A DNA stretch of 64,000 nt from Minisyncoccota bacterium (GTDB taxonomy: Bacteria; Patescibacteriota; Minisyncoccia; 2-02-FULL-40-12; GWA2-44-9): assembly GCA_035524755.1 (NCBI GenBank), contig DATKOD010000003.1, forward strand, positions 2,206-66,205, read 5' to 3'. The stretch's first letter is position 1. Each line of letters starts with the position of its first letter. The position numbers and the translations under genes are program-made. Positions 55,571 through 64,000 of the stretch are shown piece by piece. Below the pieces are notes generated by a model that worked only from the letters and a program-made list of their open reading frames with translations, searched no databases and was not told the origin of the DNA.

Positions 55571-56349
55571 GGTCGCAGGACGATGACGCTCCCGATGGAT
55601 TGCACATCAACTGCGGCCGACAGCCGTACGAGAGCGAACAAGGAAGCCGCCGGCAGTTCGACCGACCGGATCGTCCCGATCACGAGGCCGGCCGGCATAC
55701 CATCACTGCCGCTCGTAACGGCCGTCTGCCCTTCCTGCAACGCCTCGCCCTTGCGGACGAGATCCAGGATCAACCCCTCTTGTCCGTCGAACCGGACCAG
55801 CCCCGTCACGGACGAACCCATGACACCTGCAGCGATTTGAAGCGACGGATCGCCCACCCCGGTGACCGTTGCACGGCGCGGTGTGACATCACGCACGACA
55901 CCGACCAGTGCGCCATCGACGGATGTCGCCACATCACCGTCCGCGACCCCATCCGCGGTCCCACGGTCGATGGTGAGCTCCCGTACGCCTCCGTCCTGCG
56001 GCCAGGCGATGATACCCGCCTCGATCATCTGCCCTGCCCCACGTTCGGTCAGACCGGCGGCTGCGCGTGCCAATGCGAGTTCCCGGGTGAGCGCTTCGGT
56101 ATCGGCCTGCTGGTGCTCCAGCTCCGTGACACGGACCTGCAACGAGAGATTCTCGCGTGCGAGATCGATCCGTGTCGCGAAAATACCGATGAAGGCGTGG
56201 GCTTTGGCGGCGATACCGCTCACCGGCGCAAAGATGCGGCCGCCGTCACCGATCCACCCGGTGAGCCTTCCGGAGAACAACAGAGCGTTCCCCGCGACGA
56301 TGATCGCCAGAATGACAACGACCGCGATGAGGCGCCTGGATCTGCGCAT
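55567..56349 (-). CDS. mreC: Rod shape-determining protein MreC
   Basis: TM, coiled coil, IDRGTADGV, LVGVV, VTSG...PAGLVIG. Confidence 0.9.
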   Translation of the reverse strand: MRRSRRLIAVVVILAIIVAGNALLFSGRLTGWIGDGGRIFAPVSGIAAKAHAFIGIFATRIDLARENLSLQVRVTELEHQQADTEALTRELALARAAAGLTERGAGQMIEAGIIAWPQDGGVRELTIDRGTADGVADGDVATSVDGALVGVVRDVTPRRATVTGVGDPSLQIAAGVMGSSVTGLVRFDGQEGLILDLVRKGEALQEGQTAVTSGSDGMPAGLVIGTIRSVELPAASLFALVRLSAAVDVQSIGSVIVLRP

Positions 56350-56354
56350 AGGTA

Positions 56355-57404
56355 TCAGCGGTATTCATCGTCCGTACGGGCATGCAGGATAGGCTTCAGG
56401 CGTTCGAGGTCTTCCAGCACCAAGCCGCATCCACGCACGACCGCGGTCAGCGGATCGTCGACCGCCTGCACGAGCAACCGCGTCTCCTTGGCGATGAGCG
56501 TCGCCATGCCGCGGATGAGTGCCCCTCCGCCGGCCAGCGCGAGCGGCCGGTTGATCAGGTCGGCGGTCAGTTCCGGCGGCGTCTCTTCGATGGTCGCTTT
56601 CACCGCACGGACGATGCTACGGACGGAGCGGCTCATCGCCGACCGGATCTCTTCGGACGACACGGTCAGTTCACGGGGCAATCCGGAGACGATATCACGT
56701 CCCCGGACCGGAAGTTCGATCTCCTCGTCCAACGGCCATGCCGAACCGAGCGAGATCTTGACGTGTTCTCCCGTCGCTTCCCCGATGAGCAGGTTCTTCT
56801 CGTCCCGCAGGTAGCGGACGATGTCCTCGGTCAGTTTGTCGCCGGCGATGCGCAGCGACCGCGATGCGATGACGCCTCCCATCGAAATGACCGCGACCTC
56901 CGTGGTTCCGCCGCCGATGTCCACGATGACGTTCGGAACGGCATCCTGGATGGGCAGTCGTGCACCGACGGCGGCCGCCATCGGCTCCTCGATCAGATAT
57001 ACCTCGCGCGCACCGGCATTGTACGTCGCGTCCTGCACCGCACGTCGTTCGACTTCGGTGACGCCCGAAGGTATGCCGATGACGACGCGGGGCCGCGGCA
57101 TGATGGAAAACGTCCCGGCATGGACCGAATCGATGAAATATTTGAGCATCTGCTCGGTCACTTCGAAATCGGAGACGACGCCGTTGGACAACGGCCGCGT
57201 GACGTCGATGTATCCGGGCGTGCGCCCGATCATCCGGCGCGCGTCGGAACCGATGGCGAGGATGCGTCCGGTCTTTTTGTTGACCGCGACGATGGATGGT
57301 TCATTGATGACGATGCCGCGTCCGCGGACATATACCAGGGTATTGGCGGTACCCAGGTCGATGCCGATGTCTTTTGACCAGAAACCGAAGATGCGGTTGA
57401 GCAT
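56355..57404 (-). CDS. mreB: Rod shape-determining protein MreB
   Basis: IGIDLGTANT, EEPMAAA, DIGGGTT, LAGGGA. Confidence 0.97.
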   Translation of the reverse strand: MLNRIFGFWSKDIGIDLGTANTLVYVRGRGIVINEPSIVAVNKKTGRILAIGSDARRMIGRTPGYIDVTRPLSNGVVSDFEVTEQMLKYFIDSVHAGTFSIMPRPRVVIGIPSGVTEVERRAVQDATYNAGAREVYLIEEPMAAAVGARLPIQDAVPNVIVDIGGGTTEVAVISMGGVIASRSLRIAGDKLTEDIVRYLRDEKNLLIGEATGEHVKISLGSAWPLDEEIELPVRGRDIVSGLPRELTVSSEEIRSAMSRSVRSIVRAVKATIEETPPELTADLINRPLALAGGGALIRGMATLIAKETRLLVQAVDDPLTAVVRGCGLVLEDLERLKPILHARTDDEYR

Positions 57405-57444
57405 GACACCCAACCCTAGCAGAACACCCTGCGAGAATCAAAAG

Positions 57445-58686
57445 CTATGACAGCTCTTCCACGATTGCCGCCTCTTGGACGATGCGAGGTTTGTCTTCAG
57501 TGCGACCCTTGAGCTCCACACCGCCGGCGGCGAGCGACTTCGTACTCACCACCAAACGGACAGGGCAACCGATGAGATCGGCGTCCGCGAACTTCTCTCC
57601 CGCTGACTTATCGGAACGGTCATCGTACAGCACTTCGATGCCGGCTGCCGTCAATGCATCGTAGAGTCTGTCCGCCTCTTCTGATGCCCCTTCCAGGGCG
57701 ACCAGATGACATTTGAACGGTGCGATCGTCTCCGGCCAGACCATCCCCTTGTCGTCGGACAAGACCTCCACCACCGCTCCCATCAGCCTGCTCAACCCGA
57801 TGCCATAACTGCCCATAACGACCGGCTTCATCTCGTCACCGTCGCTCTGGTACTGAAGATCGAAGGGCTGTGAGAATTTCGTGCCGAGCGAGAAGATGTT
57901 CCCGACCTCGATCGCCTTTTTCTCCACGAGAGCCTCCTTGCTGAGCTTCAGATCCGCGATGACCTCATCGCGGTAGACCTCCTTATTGATCCCGATGCCC
58001 GCCTTCTCATCCACGTAGATGGTGTCTTCGCCCGACGGCGTGATCGTCTGGAATTCGTGCGAGAACTTGGAAAAACTTCCCCCCGAGGCGAACGTCATGA
58101 ATGTCAGATGCCCGATACCGACCCGGTCGAAGACGTTCCGGTACGCGGTCTTCATCGCCTCATAGAACACGGCGTGTTCTTCTTCCGTCCGCGAGAAGGA
58201 GTAGAGCGCCTTCCAGTAGAATTCCCGTCCCCGGAGCATGCCTGATTTGCTCCGCGCTTCGTTGCGGAAGATGTTCTTGAAGTCGTACGGATAGATCGGC
58301 AGATCTTTGTACGAGCTGACGTACTGCTTCAGGATGTTCGAATATGCCTCTTCGTTCGTGAACGACAGACCGATCTCCCCGCCGGTCTTGAGCTTGGTCT
58401 TGAACCACGTATCAACGACTTTATCGTCCCAACGGCCGGACTTCTCCCACACGTCTTTGCTCTGCAGGACGGATGTGCGCATTTCCATGCCGCCGACCCG
58501 GTTCATCTCGTCTCGGATGATGGCTTCAATCTTATTCAGGACACGCAATCCGAGCGGCAAAAACGAATACACGCCCGCCATCTCCTTGAATACGAACCCG
58601 CCGCGTATCAGAAGTTCGGCATTCCGTGAAGGCTCGTCGGCGGGCGCCTCTTTCCTTGTCTTCGTGAACAGGCGTGTGAATCGCAT
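57445..58686 (-). CDS. proS: Prolyl-tRNA synthetase (no INS editing domain)
   Basis: AGVYSFLPLG, FRNEAR, IEVGNIF, MGSYGIG, GEKFADADLIG. Confidence 0.95.
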   Translation of the reverse strand: MRFTRLFTKTRKEAPADEPSRNAELLIRGGFVFKEMAGVYSFLPLGLRVLNKIEAIIRDEMNRVGGMEMRTSVLQSKDVWEKSGRWDDKVVDTWFKTKLKTGGEIGLSFTNEEAYSNILKQYVSSYKDLPIYPYDFKNIFRNEARSKSGMLRGREFYWKALYSFSRTEEEHAVFYEAMKTAYRNVFDRVGIGHLTFMTFASGGSFSKFSHEFQTITPSGEDTIYVDEKAGIGINKEVYRDEVIADLKLSKEALVEKKAIEVGNIFSLGTKFSQPFDLQYQSDGDEMKPVVMGSYGIGLSRLMGAVVEVLSDDKGMVWPETIAPFKCHLVALEGASEEADRLYDALTAAGIEVLYDDRSDKSAGEKFADADLIGCPVRLVVSTKSLAAGGVELKGRTEDKPRIVQEAAIVEELS

Positions 58687-58687
58687 A

Positions 58688-59770
58688 TCAGAAGAACTTT
58701 ACGATATCTTTGATGGTTACTGCAACCATGAGCAGGATGAGAATGACGAACCCGATGGCATTGATCGCTTCTTCGATGCGCCCGGACAGCGCCCGGCCGC
58801 GAAGTTTCTCCGCGGCGACGAGGACCAGCCGTCCGCCGTCCAGTGCCGGGAACGGGAGTATATTGAGCACCGCGAGATTGACACTGATCATCGCCACGAA
58901 CTGCATCAGATAATTGAACCCGATGCGCGCAGCTTGCCCGGTCAGCGTCGCGATGCCGACAGGGCCTGATACATCCGCACCCGTATGACCGCTGACGATG
59001 AGCGACTTCAGGATGGTCCAGTAGCCGACAAGGATGCCCCAGAACAAGATGGCGGCGGCGATGATACCGCGCCAGATCGATTCGTACCATGAGTAACGCA
59101 CGATGCCGGTCAGTGCCAACGAAATCCCGATGGGCCCCTCCGTCGGTCCCTGCGGTTGCCGCAGGTGAAGCGGCAGTTCCTCCGGACTTCCTCCGCGCAC
59201 GATATCGATGGTCGTTTCGCTCCCGGCGTGGTCATACGCATAATGCTGCACGTCTTCGGGACTGTCCGTACCGACGAACGTGGCGCCGTCACGGAACCCG
59301 GTGATGACGTCCAGGGGCTGAAGACCCGCAACGGAAGCCGGGCTGTCCGGTGCGACTTCCAGGATCTGCACTTCCTTCTGCGCCGCACGGGCCTCGGTTG
59401 CCGCATCGAAGATACCGACACGCAACCCGAGGAAATTCCCCAGCATCAACAACAGTACCGCGAACAGGAAGTTCATGAGGACCCCCGACACGACCACCGC
59501 GACCTTGGCGAAGAACGATCCGGCGCCGAAACTTCCCGGAGCGGTGCGGTGTTCGCCGTTCTCACCGAAGATACGCACGAAGCCGCCGAACGGGATGAGG
59601 TTGATGGAATAGAGCGTGCCGCCGCGCTTCCATCCGGTCAACCGCGGCGGAAATCCGAGACCGAATTCCTCCACTTTCATCCCTGCCCGCTTTGCGGCGA
59701 AAAAGTGCCCCGCCTCATGCACGAGTACGAGGATCGAGATGACGACGATGAAAATGATGACGGTCAGCAT
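58688..59770 (-). CDS. rseP: RIP metalloprotease RseP
   Basis: HEAGH, PDZ, SGPVGI, NILPFPALDGG. Confidence 0.94.
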   Translation of the reverse strand: MLTVIIFIVVISILVLVHEAGHFFAAKRAGMKVEEFGLGFPPRLTGWKRGGTLYSINLIPFGGFVRIFGENGEHRTAPGSFGAGSFFAKVAVVVSGVLMNFLFAVLLLMLGNFLGLRVGIFDAATEARAAQKEVQILEVAPDSPASVAGLQPLDVITGFRDGATFVGTDSPEDVQHYAYDHAGSETTIDIVRGGSPEELPLHLRQPQGPTEGPIGISLALTGIVRYSWYESIWRGIIAAAILFWGILVGYWTILKSLIVSGHTGADVSGPVGIATLTGQAARIGFNYLMQFVAMISVNLAVLNILPFPALDGGRLVLVAAEKLRGRALSGRIEEAINAIGFVILILLMVAVTIKDIVKFF

Positions 59771-59773
59771 GCG

Positions 59774-60337
59774 CTAGGCGCTCATCAACTCGGCTTCCTT
59801 GCGCTTCTGGAGCTCGTCGAGCTTGCCGTTGTACTCATCCATGACCTTCTGGAGCGCGTCCTTTGCCTGACGGACTTCGTCTTCCCGTGCTTCCCCTTCC
59901 TTGACGGCATGCTGCACCTTCTTGAGGATCTCCTCACGCGAATGCCGCATGCGGATACGCGCCTCTTCGATCTTGGTTCCCAGCAGCTTGGTGAACTCCC
60001 TGCGGCGTTCCTCGGTCAATGATGGTACCGTCAGGCGTACGGACGTACCATCGACGACCGGTGCCAGTCCCAGCGATGAATCACGGATGGCTTTCTCGAT
60101 GGCGGCGAGCGCCTGCTTGTCCCACGGTTGGATGAGGATTTCGCGCGGGGTCGGCGTGGACACGGCGGCGACCTCCTTGATCTTCAACGATGTGCCGAGA
60201 TAATCGACGACCAGGTCGATGACCATGTCCGGGCTGGCGCGGCCGGTTCGGATCCCCGCGGCCTCGCTTTTCGCCCACTCCAGCGTCGCATCGAATTCCT
60301 TGCGCCGTTCCTTGATGAGTTCCTGGTACATCGGCAT
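59774..60337 (-). CDS. frr: Ribosome recycling factor
   Basis: IRTGRASP, IQPWDK, LTEERRRE. Confidence 0.95.
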   Translation of the reverse strand: MPMYQELIKERRKEFDATLEWAKSEAAGIRTGRASPDMVIDLVVDYLGTSLKIKEVAAVSTPTPREILIQPWDKQALAAIEKAIRDSSLGLAPVVDGTSVRLTVPSLTEERRREFTKLLGTKIEEARIRMRHSREEILKKVQHAVKEGEAREDEVRQAKDALQKVMDEYNGKLDELQKRKEAELMSA

Positions 60338-60344
60338 CAGTTTA

Positions 60345-61190
60345 TCATATATCCAGCAGGAAGGCTTCCAGTGCCAGACGACGGTTGAACTGCGGCTCAC
60401 GGAGGATACTGATGAGTTGTGCCAGTCCGCGCGCCACCGGCGCCAATGCGGGACGCTGTGCCAGGTGTGCATGGACCCATGTCAACCACCATTGGGCGAT
60501 GTCCGGCGCGTCCTCGTCGTCAGCGACCTTCTTGGCATACAGGAGACGCTCGGTGACACCGCCCTTCAGTGTCGCTTCCAGCGACGCGATGTGCCGGGCG
60601 ACCTTCGGAAGCTTACCCGCTTCAACGAGATTGACGGCGTATCCCGGACGGCCGGCGGCCACGACCGCCAACAGTTCGCGGTCATCCGCATCGAGCTTCA
60701 GACGGGCAAGGATCGGTTTCATACGGTCCGCCTCCAACGGCATGAAGTCCATCCGCTCACACCGGGAGCTGATGGTCGGCATGACCGCACCGGGGCGATC
60801 GGTGATGAGCAGGAATTTCGCGTATGTCGGCGGTTCTTCCAGTACCTTCAGAAGCGTATTCGCGGCCTCAGCGCCCAAACGGTCCGCATCGTCGATGACG
60901 ACCGTCTTGTACGTTCCGGCAGGACGGAAGACGACCCAGTGCTTCATGTCACGGACAGCCTCGATGGGAATGTCGTGCACGACGCCGTCCTTGTCGCGGT
61001 CCGGTGTCAGGACCATCGCGTCCGGTTCATACCCGGTCGCGATGAGGGCACGGACGACATCATCGGCGAACATCCGTTTGCCCACGCCCCCGGGTCCGGT
61101 CAACAGATATGCATGCGCCAACCGGCCCGTCGCGATGAGCCGTTCGATGAGCTCTTTCTGCCGTTCATGTCCGACGCATGACCAATCCAT
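60345..61190 (-). CDS. holB: DNA polymerase III delta' subunit
   Basis: HAYLLTGPGGVGK, AANTLLKVLEEPP, TISSRC. Confidence 0.9.
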   Translation of the reverse strand: MDWSCVGHERQKELIERLIATGRLAHAYLLTGPGGVGKRMFADDVVRALIATGYEPDAMVLTPDRDKDGVVHDIPIEAVRDMKHWVVFRPAGTYKTVVIDDADRLGAEAANTLLKVLEEPPTYAKFLLITDRPGAVMPTISSRCERMDFMPLEADRMKPILARLKLDADDRELLAVVAAGRPGYAVNLVEAGKLPKVARHIASLEATLKGGVTERLLYAKKVADDEDAPDIAQWWLTWVHAHLAQRPALAPVARGLAQLISILREPQFNRRLALEAFLLDI

Positions 61191-61206
61191 TCGCGAAAAC
61201 TATCAC

Positions 61207-64000
61207 TTACGGCGTCGGGAGAACAGATGCGTCAGGGGTCGGGGTGTCGCTCGGTGAAACAGCCGGGGTATCCGTCGACGTCGGTGTCGGCATCGGCGTC
61301 TCGGTGTCGGTGGGCGCCGGCGCCGGACTTTCGGTCACAATCGGCGAATCAGTCGGAGTGGGGCTTGGCGTTGGTGTCGATGAAGGAGTCGGCAGAGGCG
61401 TAGCAGTATCGACGCGCGACCGTTGCAACAGATCATTGAGCTGGTCACGGTCAATGCACACGTCTTTCACGCAGAGCTGATCGGTCTGCACGGAGCCGAA
61501 CACGCCACGCACGGTTTGGATGAGTCCGTTGTCGATCGTGATGTTCCAGAGCGACGCGAAGAGCTGTTTGATGCCGTTCATCATGGTCCCCCAGAACGAA
61601 TCGGGAGCCGGCTGGTCGTGCGCCGCGGCAAGCTGTGATTGAATGGATGTCAGGTCGAGGTACTGCTCCTGGACCGGCGCCCAGTACGACGTGTTCACGA
61701 AGGTGAGAACGGTGGCCGACGTCGATCGTTCCAGCGAGATGCCGATCGACATGCCGGGTCCGGTCTGTTTCATCGCATAGCCGGGCTTGGTCGCAGAGAC
61801 CGTGAGGTGGTCACCGGGAGAAACCGAGCCGTTCTCATCGGAAAACTTCACGGGGACACGGCCGGCCATGGCGATGGGAACGGTACCCAGGATATGCTGG
61901 ACTGCCGCTCCGGTCCGGACTTCGGAGCCGGTGATGAGCACGGCGGGATTGGTGGACACGACGCCCAGAGGTGTCCCGGACGTCATTGCACGGACGACGA
62001 ACGAAGTCTCGGCAGGATCAGGCATGACGACATCGCCGGCAGAAAGAGAGCCGTCCGATGTCGGGTATGACTCAGCATAGTCGATACAACCGGATGACGG
62101 CGTATTGACCCCGGTGCACGTAGAGAGGGCACCATGAGAAAGGATGTTGCCGCGTAATGACAAGGTGCCGCCCATGGACCAGGAGGCGACCACGACACCG
62201 CTGGTGTTCGTGACGAGCATGATGCCATGAGCGTTATTGGCGGATGAGGACGCGGGAACGGTTATGCTGAAAATACTGCCGCCGGCCAACGAGGTGGCGG
62301 AGATGCTGGCGATACTGGTCGTGGTCAGAGTGTTCGCGGCGATTTCGAGTTTTGCATCCACGTTCGCCGTTCCGATGCCGACATAACCGGAAGAAGCGAT
62401 ACGCATGACTTCGGTGAGCGAGGTCGTCGGTGCGGTTTTGAATATGATGTTGCCGCCGCCTGCCGATGAACCGCCGGAAACGCCTCCATTGATGATGATG
62501 CTCCCGCCGGAACCCACTCCACTCGAACCGGCGCCGCCCGTACCGCCTTGGATCGTGAATGCCCCGCCCGCGCCGCCGAACTTGTTGGTACCCAAGGATG
62601 AACCGCCGCCCGTGCCGGCCGTCAGCGTGAATGCCCCGCCCGCGCCGCCGGTGACGGTCGTGCTGTTGCCCGAGGTAGAGCCACCGGTGCCTGCCGTGAT
62701 GTTGACCGCACCGCCGGTACCACCCTGGATGGCCGATATACCGCTTTCGTTCGCCAGACCACCGGGACCGGCATTGAGTGTGAACGTGCCGCCATTGCCG
62801 CTGATCGCGGTAGTCCCCGCAACTGTGGTCGTACCGCCCGTACCGAGCGTGATGGTCATCGCTCCACCGTTCCCGGCGGTCACGGTCGCCGAATTTGACG
62901 CGACATTGCCACCGTTGCCTGTCGTCAGTAGAAGGGAGCCGCCCACGCGGCCAATCTTTGAACTCGTGCCGCCATTGCCCGCAGTCAATGTGAGCGTGCC
63001 ACCGACACCGCCGGTGCCGGTGCCGGAACCGTTCGTGCCCAGGATGCTGACGCCGCCGCCGTCCGATGCCGAAGCAGCCGCTGAGCTGCCGCCCGTCAGC
63101 GTGAGCAGGCCACCGTCGCCATTATCGAAATTACCGATTCCCGTGCCGATACCGGCATTGCCTGCAGCGACCGTGAATGCGCCGCCTGCGCCGCCGATAT
63201 TGGTTCCGCCCAGAGATGCACCGCCACCCGCACCTGCGCGGATCGTGATGGCGCCGCCGTTGCCTCCCGTGTTCGTGCCGGACGTGGCGGCAGCAGACGC
63301 GCCGCCGGTGCCCGCTGTCCAGGCGAACAAACTTCCGTTGCCGCTCGTGTTATTCCCCGTACCCGCAATGGCGGCATTGCCGCCCGTGCCGCCACTGATC
63401 GTGAAGTCACCACCTTTACCGCCGTTCGCGACTGCGGTCGCATTGGCACCTGGAATTCCGCCATTACCCATCGTGAACGTGATGACGCCGCCGATGCCGC
63501 CGGTCTTGGTCGTCCCAGGGCCGTTGGAACCGGTGCCGCCCAGACCGGTGGTCACGGTCAATGCACCGCCTGATGCCGATGCGATGGAGTTACCGGCGGT
63601 GAGCACGATGTTGCCGCCAGCGCGATTGAGCAGGTTCGTACCGCTATTCGCAGTTCCAGCAGTGATGGAGACCTGGCCGCCGATGCCGCCGGTGCCGGTG
63701 CTGGAGCCGTTCCGCGCGGTTATAGCAACTGCACCGCCGGCGGAACCAGATGCGGCAGCCGAGGCGCCACCTTGGAGTGTCAAGAGTCCCCCGTTCCCCC
63801 CGATGCCGTTTGCACCGATTCCGGTTCCGACGCCGCCGGTGCCTGCAGAAATCACGAAATCACCGCCTGCGCCACCGGTATTCACGCCCGTGGCGTTCGC
63901 TGCCGAGCCGCCGGTACCGGCCACCCAGTTGTAAGCGGAGCCGACACCACCGGTGTTCGAGGCGGCACCGACGCCGTTCGCCACGCCGCCGGTGCCGCCC
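61207..64000 (-). CDS. Giant Gly-rich fibre/surface protein, C-terminal part (start is beyond the window)
   Basis: The frame is open to the window end. GGxGG-x-hxhxAG repeats, MRIASSGYVGIGT, DYAE...GVVSTNP...AGRVPVK, LCVKDVCI and a PT-rich tail. Confidence 0.8.
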   Translation of the reverse strand, partial: GGTGGVANGVGAASNTGGVGSAYNWVAGTGGSAANATGVNTGGAGGDFVISAGTGGVGTGIGANGIGGNGGLLTLQGGASAAASGSAGGAVAITARNGSSTGTGGIGGQVSITAGTANSGTNLLNRAGGNIVLTAGNSIASASGGALTVTTGLGGTGSNGPGTTKTGGIGGVITFTMGNGGIPGANATAVANGGKGGDFTISGGTGGNAAIAGTGNNTSGNGSLFAWTAGTGGASAAATSGTNTGGNGGAITIRAGAGGGASLGGTNIGGAGGAFTVAAGNAGIGTGIGNFDNGDGGLLTLTGGSSAAASASDGGGVSILGTNGSGTGTGGVGGTLTLTAGNGGTSSKIGRVGGSLLLTTGNGGNVASNSATVTAGNGGAMTITLGTGGTTTVAGTTAISGNGGTFTLNAGPGGLANESGISAIQGGTGGAVNITAGTGGSTSGNSTTVTGGAGGAFTLTAGTGGGSSLGTNKFGGAGGAFTIQGGTGGAGSSGVGSGGSIIINGGVSGGSSAGGGNIIFKTAPTTSLTEVMRIASSGYVGIGTANVDAKLEIAANTLTTTSIASISATSLAGGSIFSITVPASSSANNAHGIMLVTNTSGVVVASWSMGGTLSLRGNILSHGALSTCTGVNTPSSGCIDYAESYPTSDGSLSAGDVVMPDPAETSFVVRAMTSGTPLGVVSTNPAVLITGSEVRTGAAVQHILGTVPIAMAGRVPVKFSDENGSVSPGDHLTVSATKPGYAMKQTGPGMSIGISLERSTSATVLTFVNTSYWAPVQEQYLDLTSIQSQLAAAHDQPAPDSFWGTMMNGIKQLFASLWNITIDNGLIQTVRGVFGSVQTDQLCVKDVCIDRDQLNDLLQRSRVDTATPLPTPSSTPTPSPTPTDSPIVTESPAPAPTDTETPMPTPTSTDTPAVSPSDTPTPDASVLPTP
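62450..64000 (-). repeat. Degenerate Gly-rich peptide repeat
   Basis: More than 15 imperfect units such as GGAGGDFVISAGTGG, GGNGGAITIRAGAGG and GGAGGAFTLTAGTGG. Confidence 0.8.

Noticed and set aside
2411-64000. Prophage or tailocin suggested by the baseplate-J-like and fibre-like genes
   Set aside because: The two genes are about 57 kb apart among core genes, and there is no capsid, terminase, sheath or integrase.
1-64000. Alternative genetic code (UGA = Gly, as in Gracilibacteria and Absconditabacteria)
   Set aside because: Conserved genes such as infA, alaS, serS and lysS end at TGA in the expected positions.

Overview
This is a high-GC bacterial chromosome segment read with the standard code (TGA is a stop). 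Gene content and shortened proteins point to Patescibacteria/CPR, probably Parcubacteria (inference). Most genes are on the minus strand. They include the end of the alpha ribosomal operon (infA-rpmJ-rpsM-rpsK-rpsD-rpoA), a UvrD-nuclease fusion, dus, a 536-aa alaS, pyrD, hup, rny, mnmA, obgE, a short dnaX, serS, lysS, greA, mreBCD-mrdA, proS, rseP, frr and holB. Five tRNAs are present (His, Arg, Pro, Gly, Gln). The surface and envelope genes are two lytic-transglycosylase-like proteins, a pilin, a DsbA-VKOR-DsbA cluster, a Cys-rich repeat lipoprotein, two GT-C glycosyltransferases, GtrA, a VirD4-like ATPase and a partial giant Gly-rich fibre protein. I saw no CRISPR array, IS or integrase. The best signals are missed by the ORF track. 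(1) A 46-aa exported micropeptide has its own promoter, SD and terminator, and its C-terminus matches the Gly/Phe tail of the neighbouring pilin in register. (2) An orphan ~200-nt structured RNA lies between a strong promoter and a terminator downstream of ftsQ. (3) One transcript carries a structured leader, an SD-led 17-codon uORF and a TAATG-coupled 17-aa Lys-rich peptide. (4) Many core genes look leaderless, whereas several small accessory cassettes carry an SD. All calls come from reading motifs by eye; no searches or folding programs were run.
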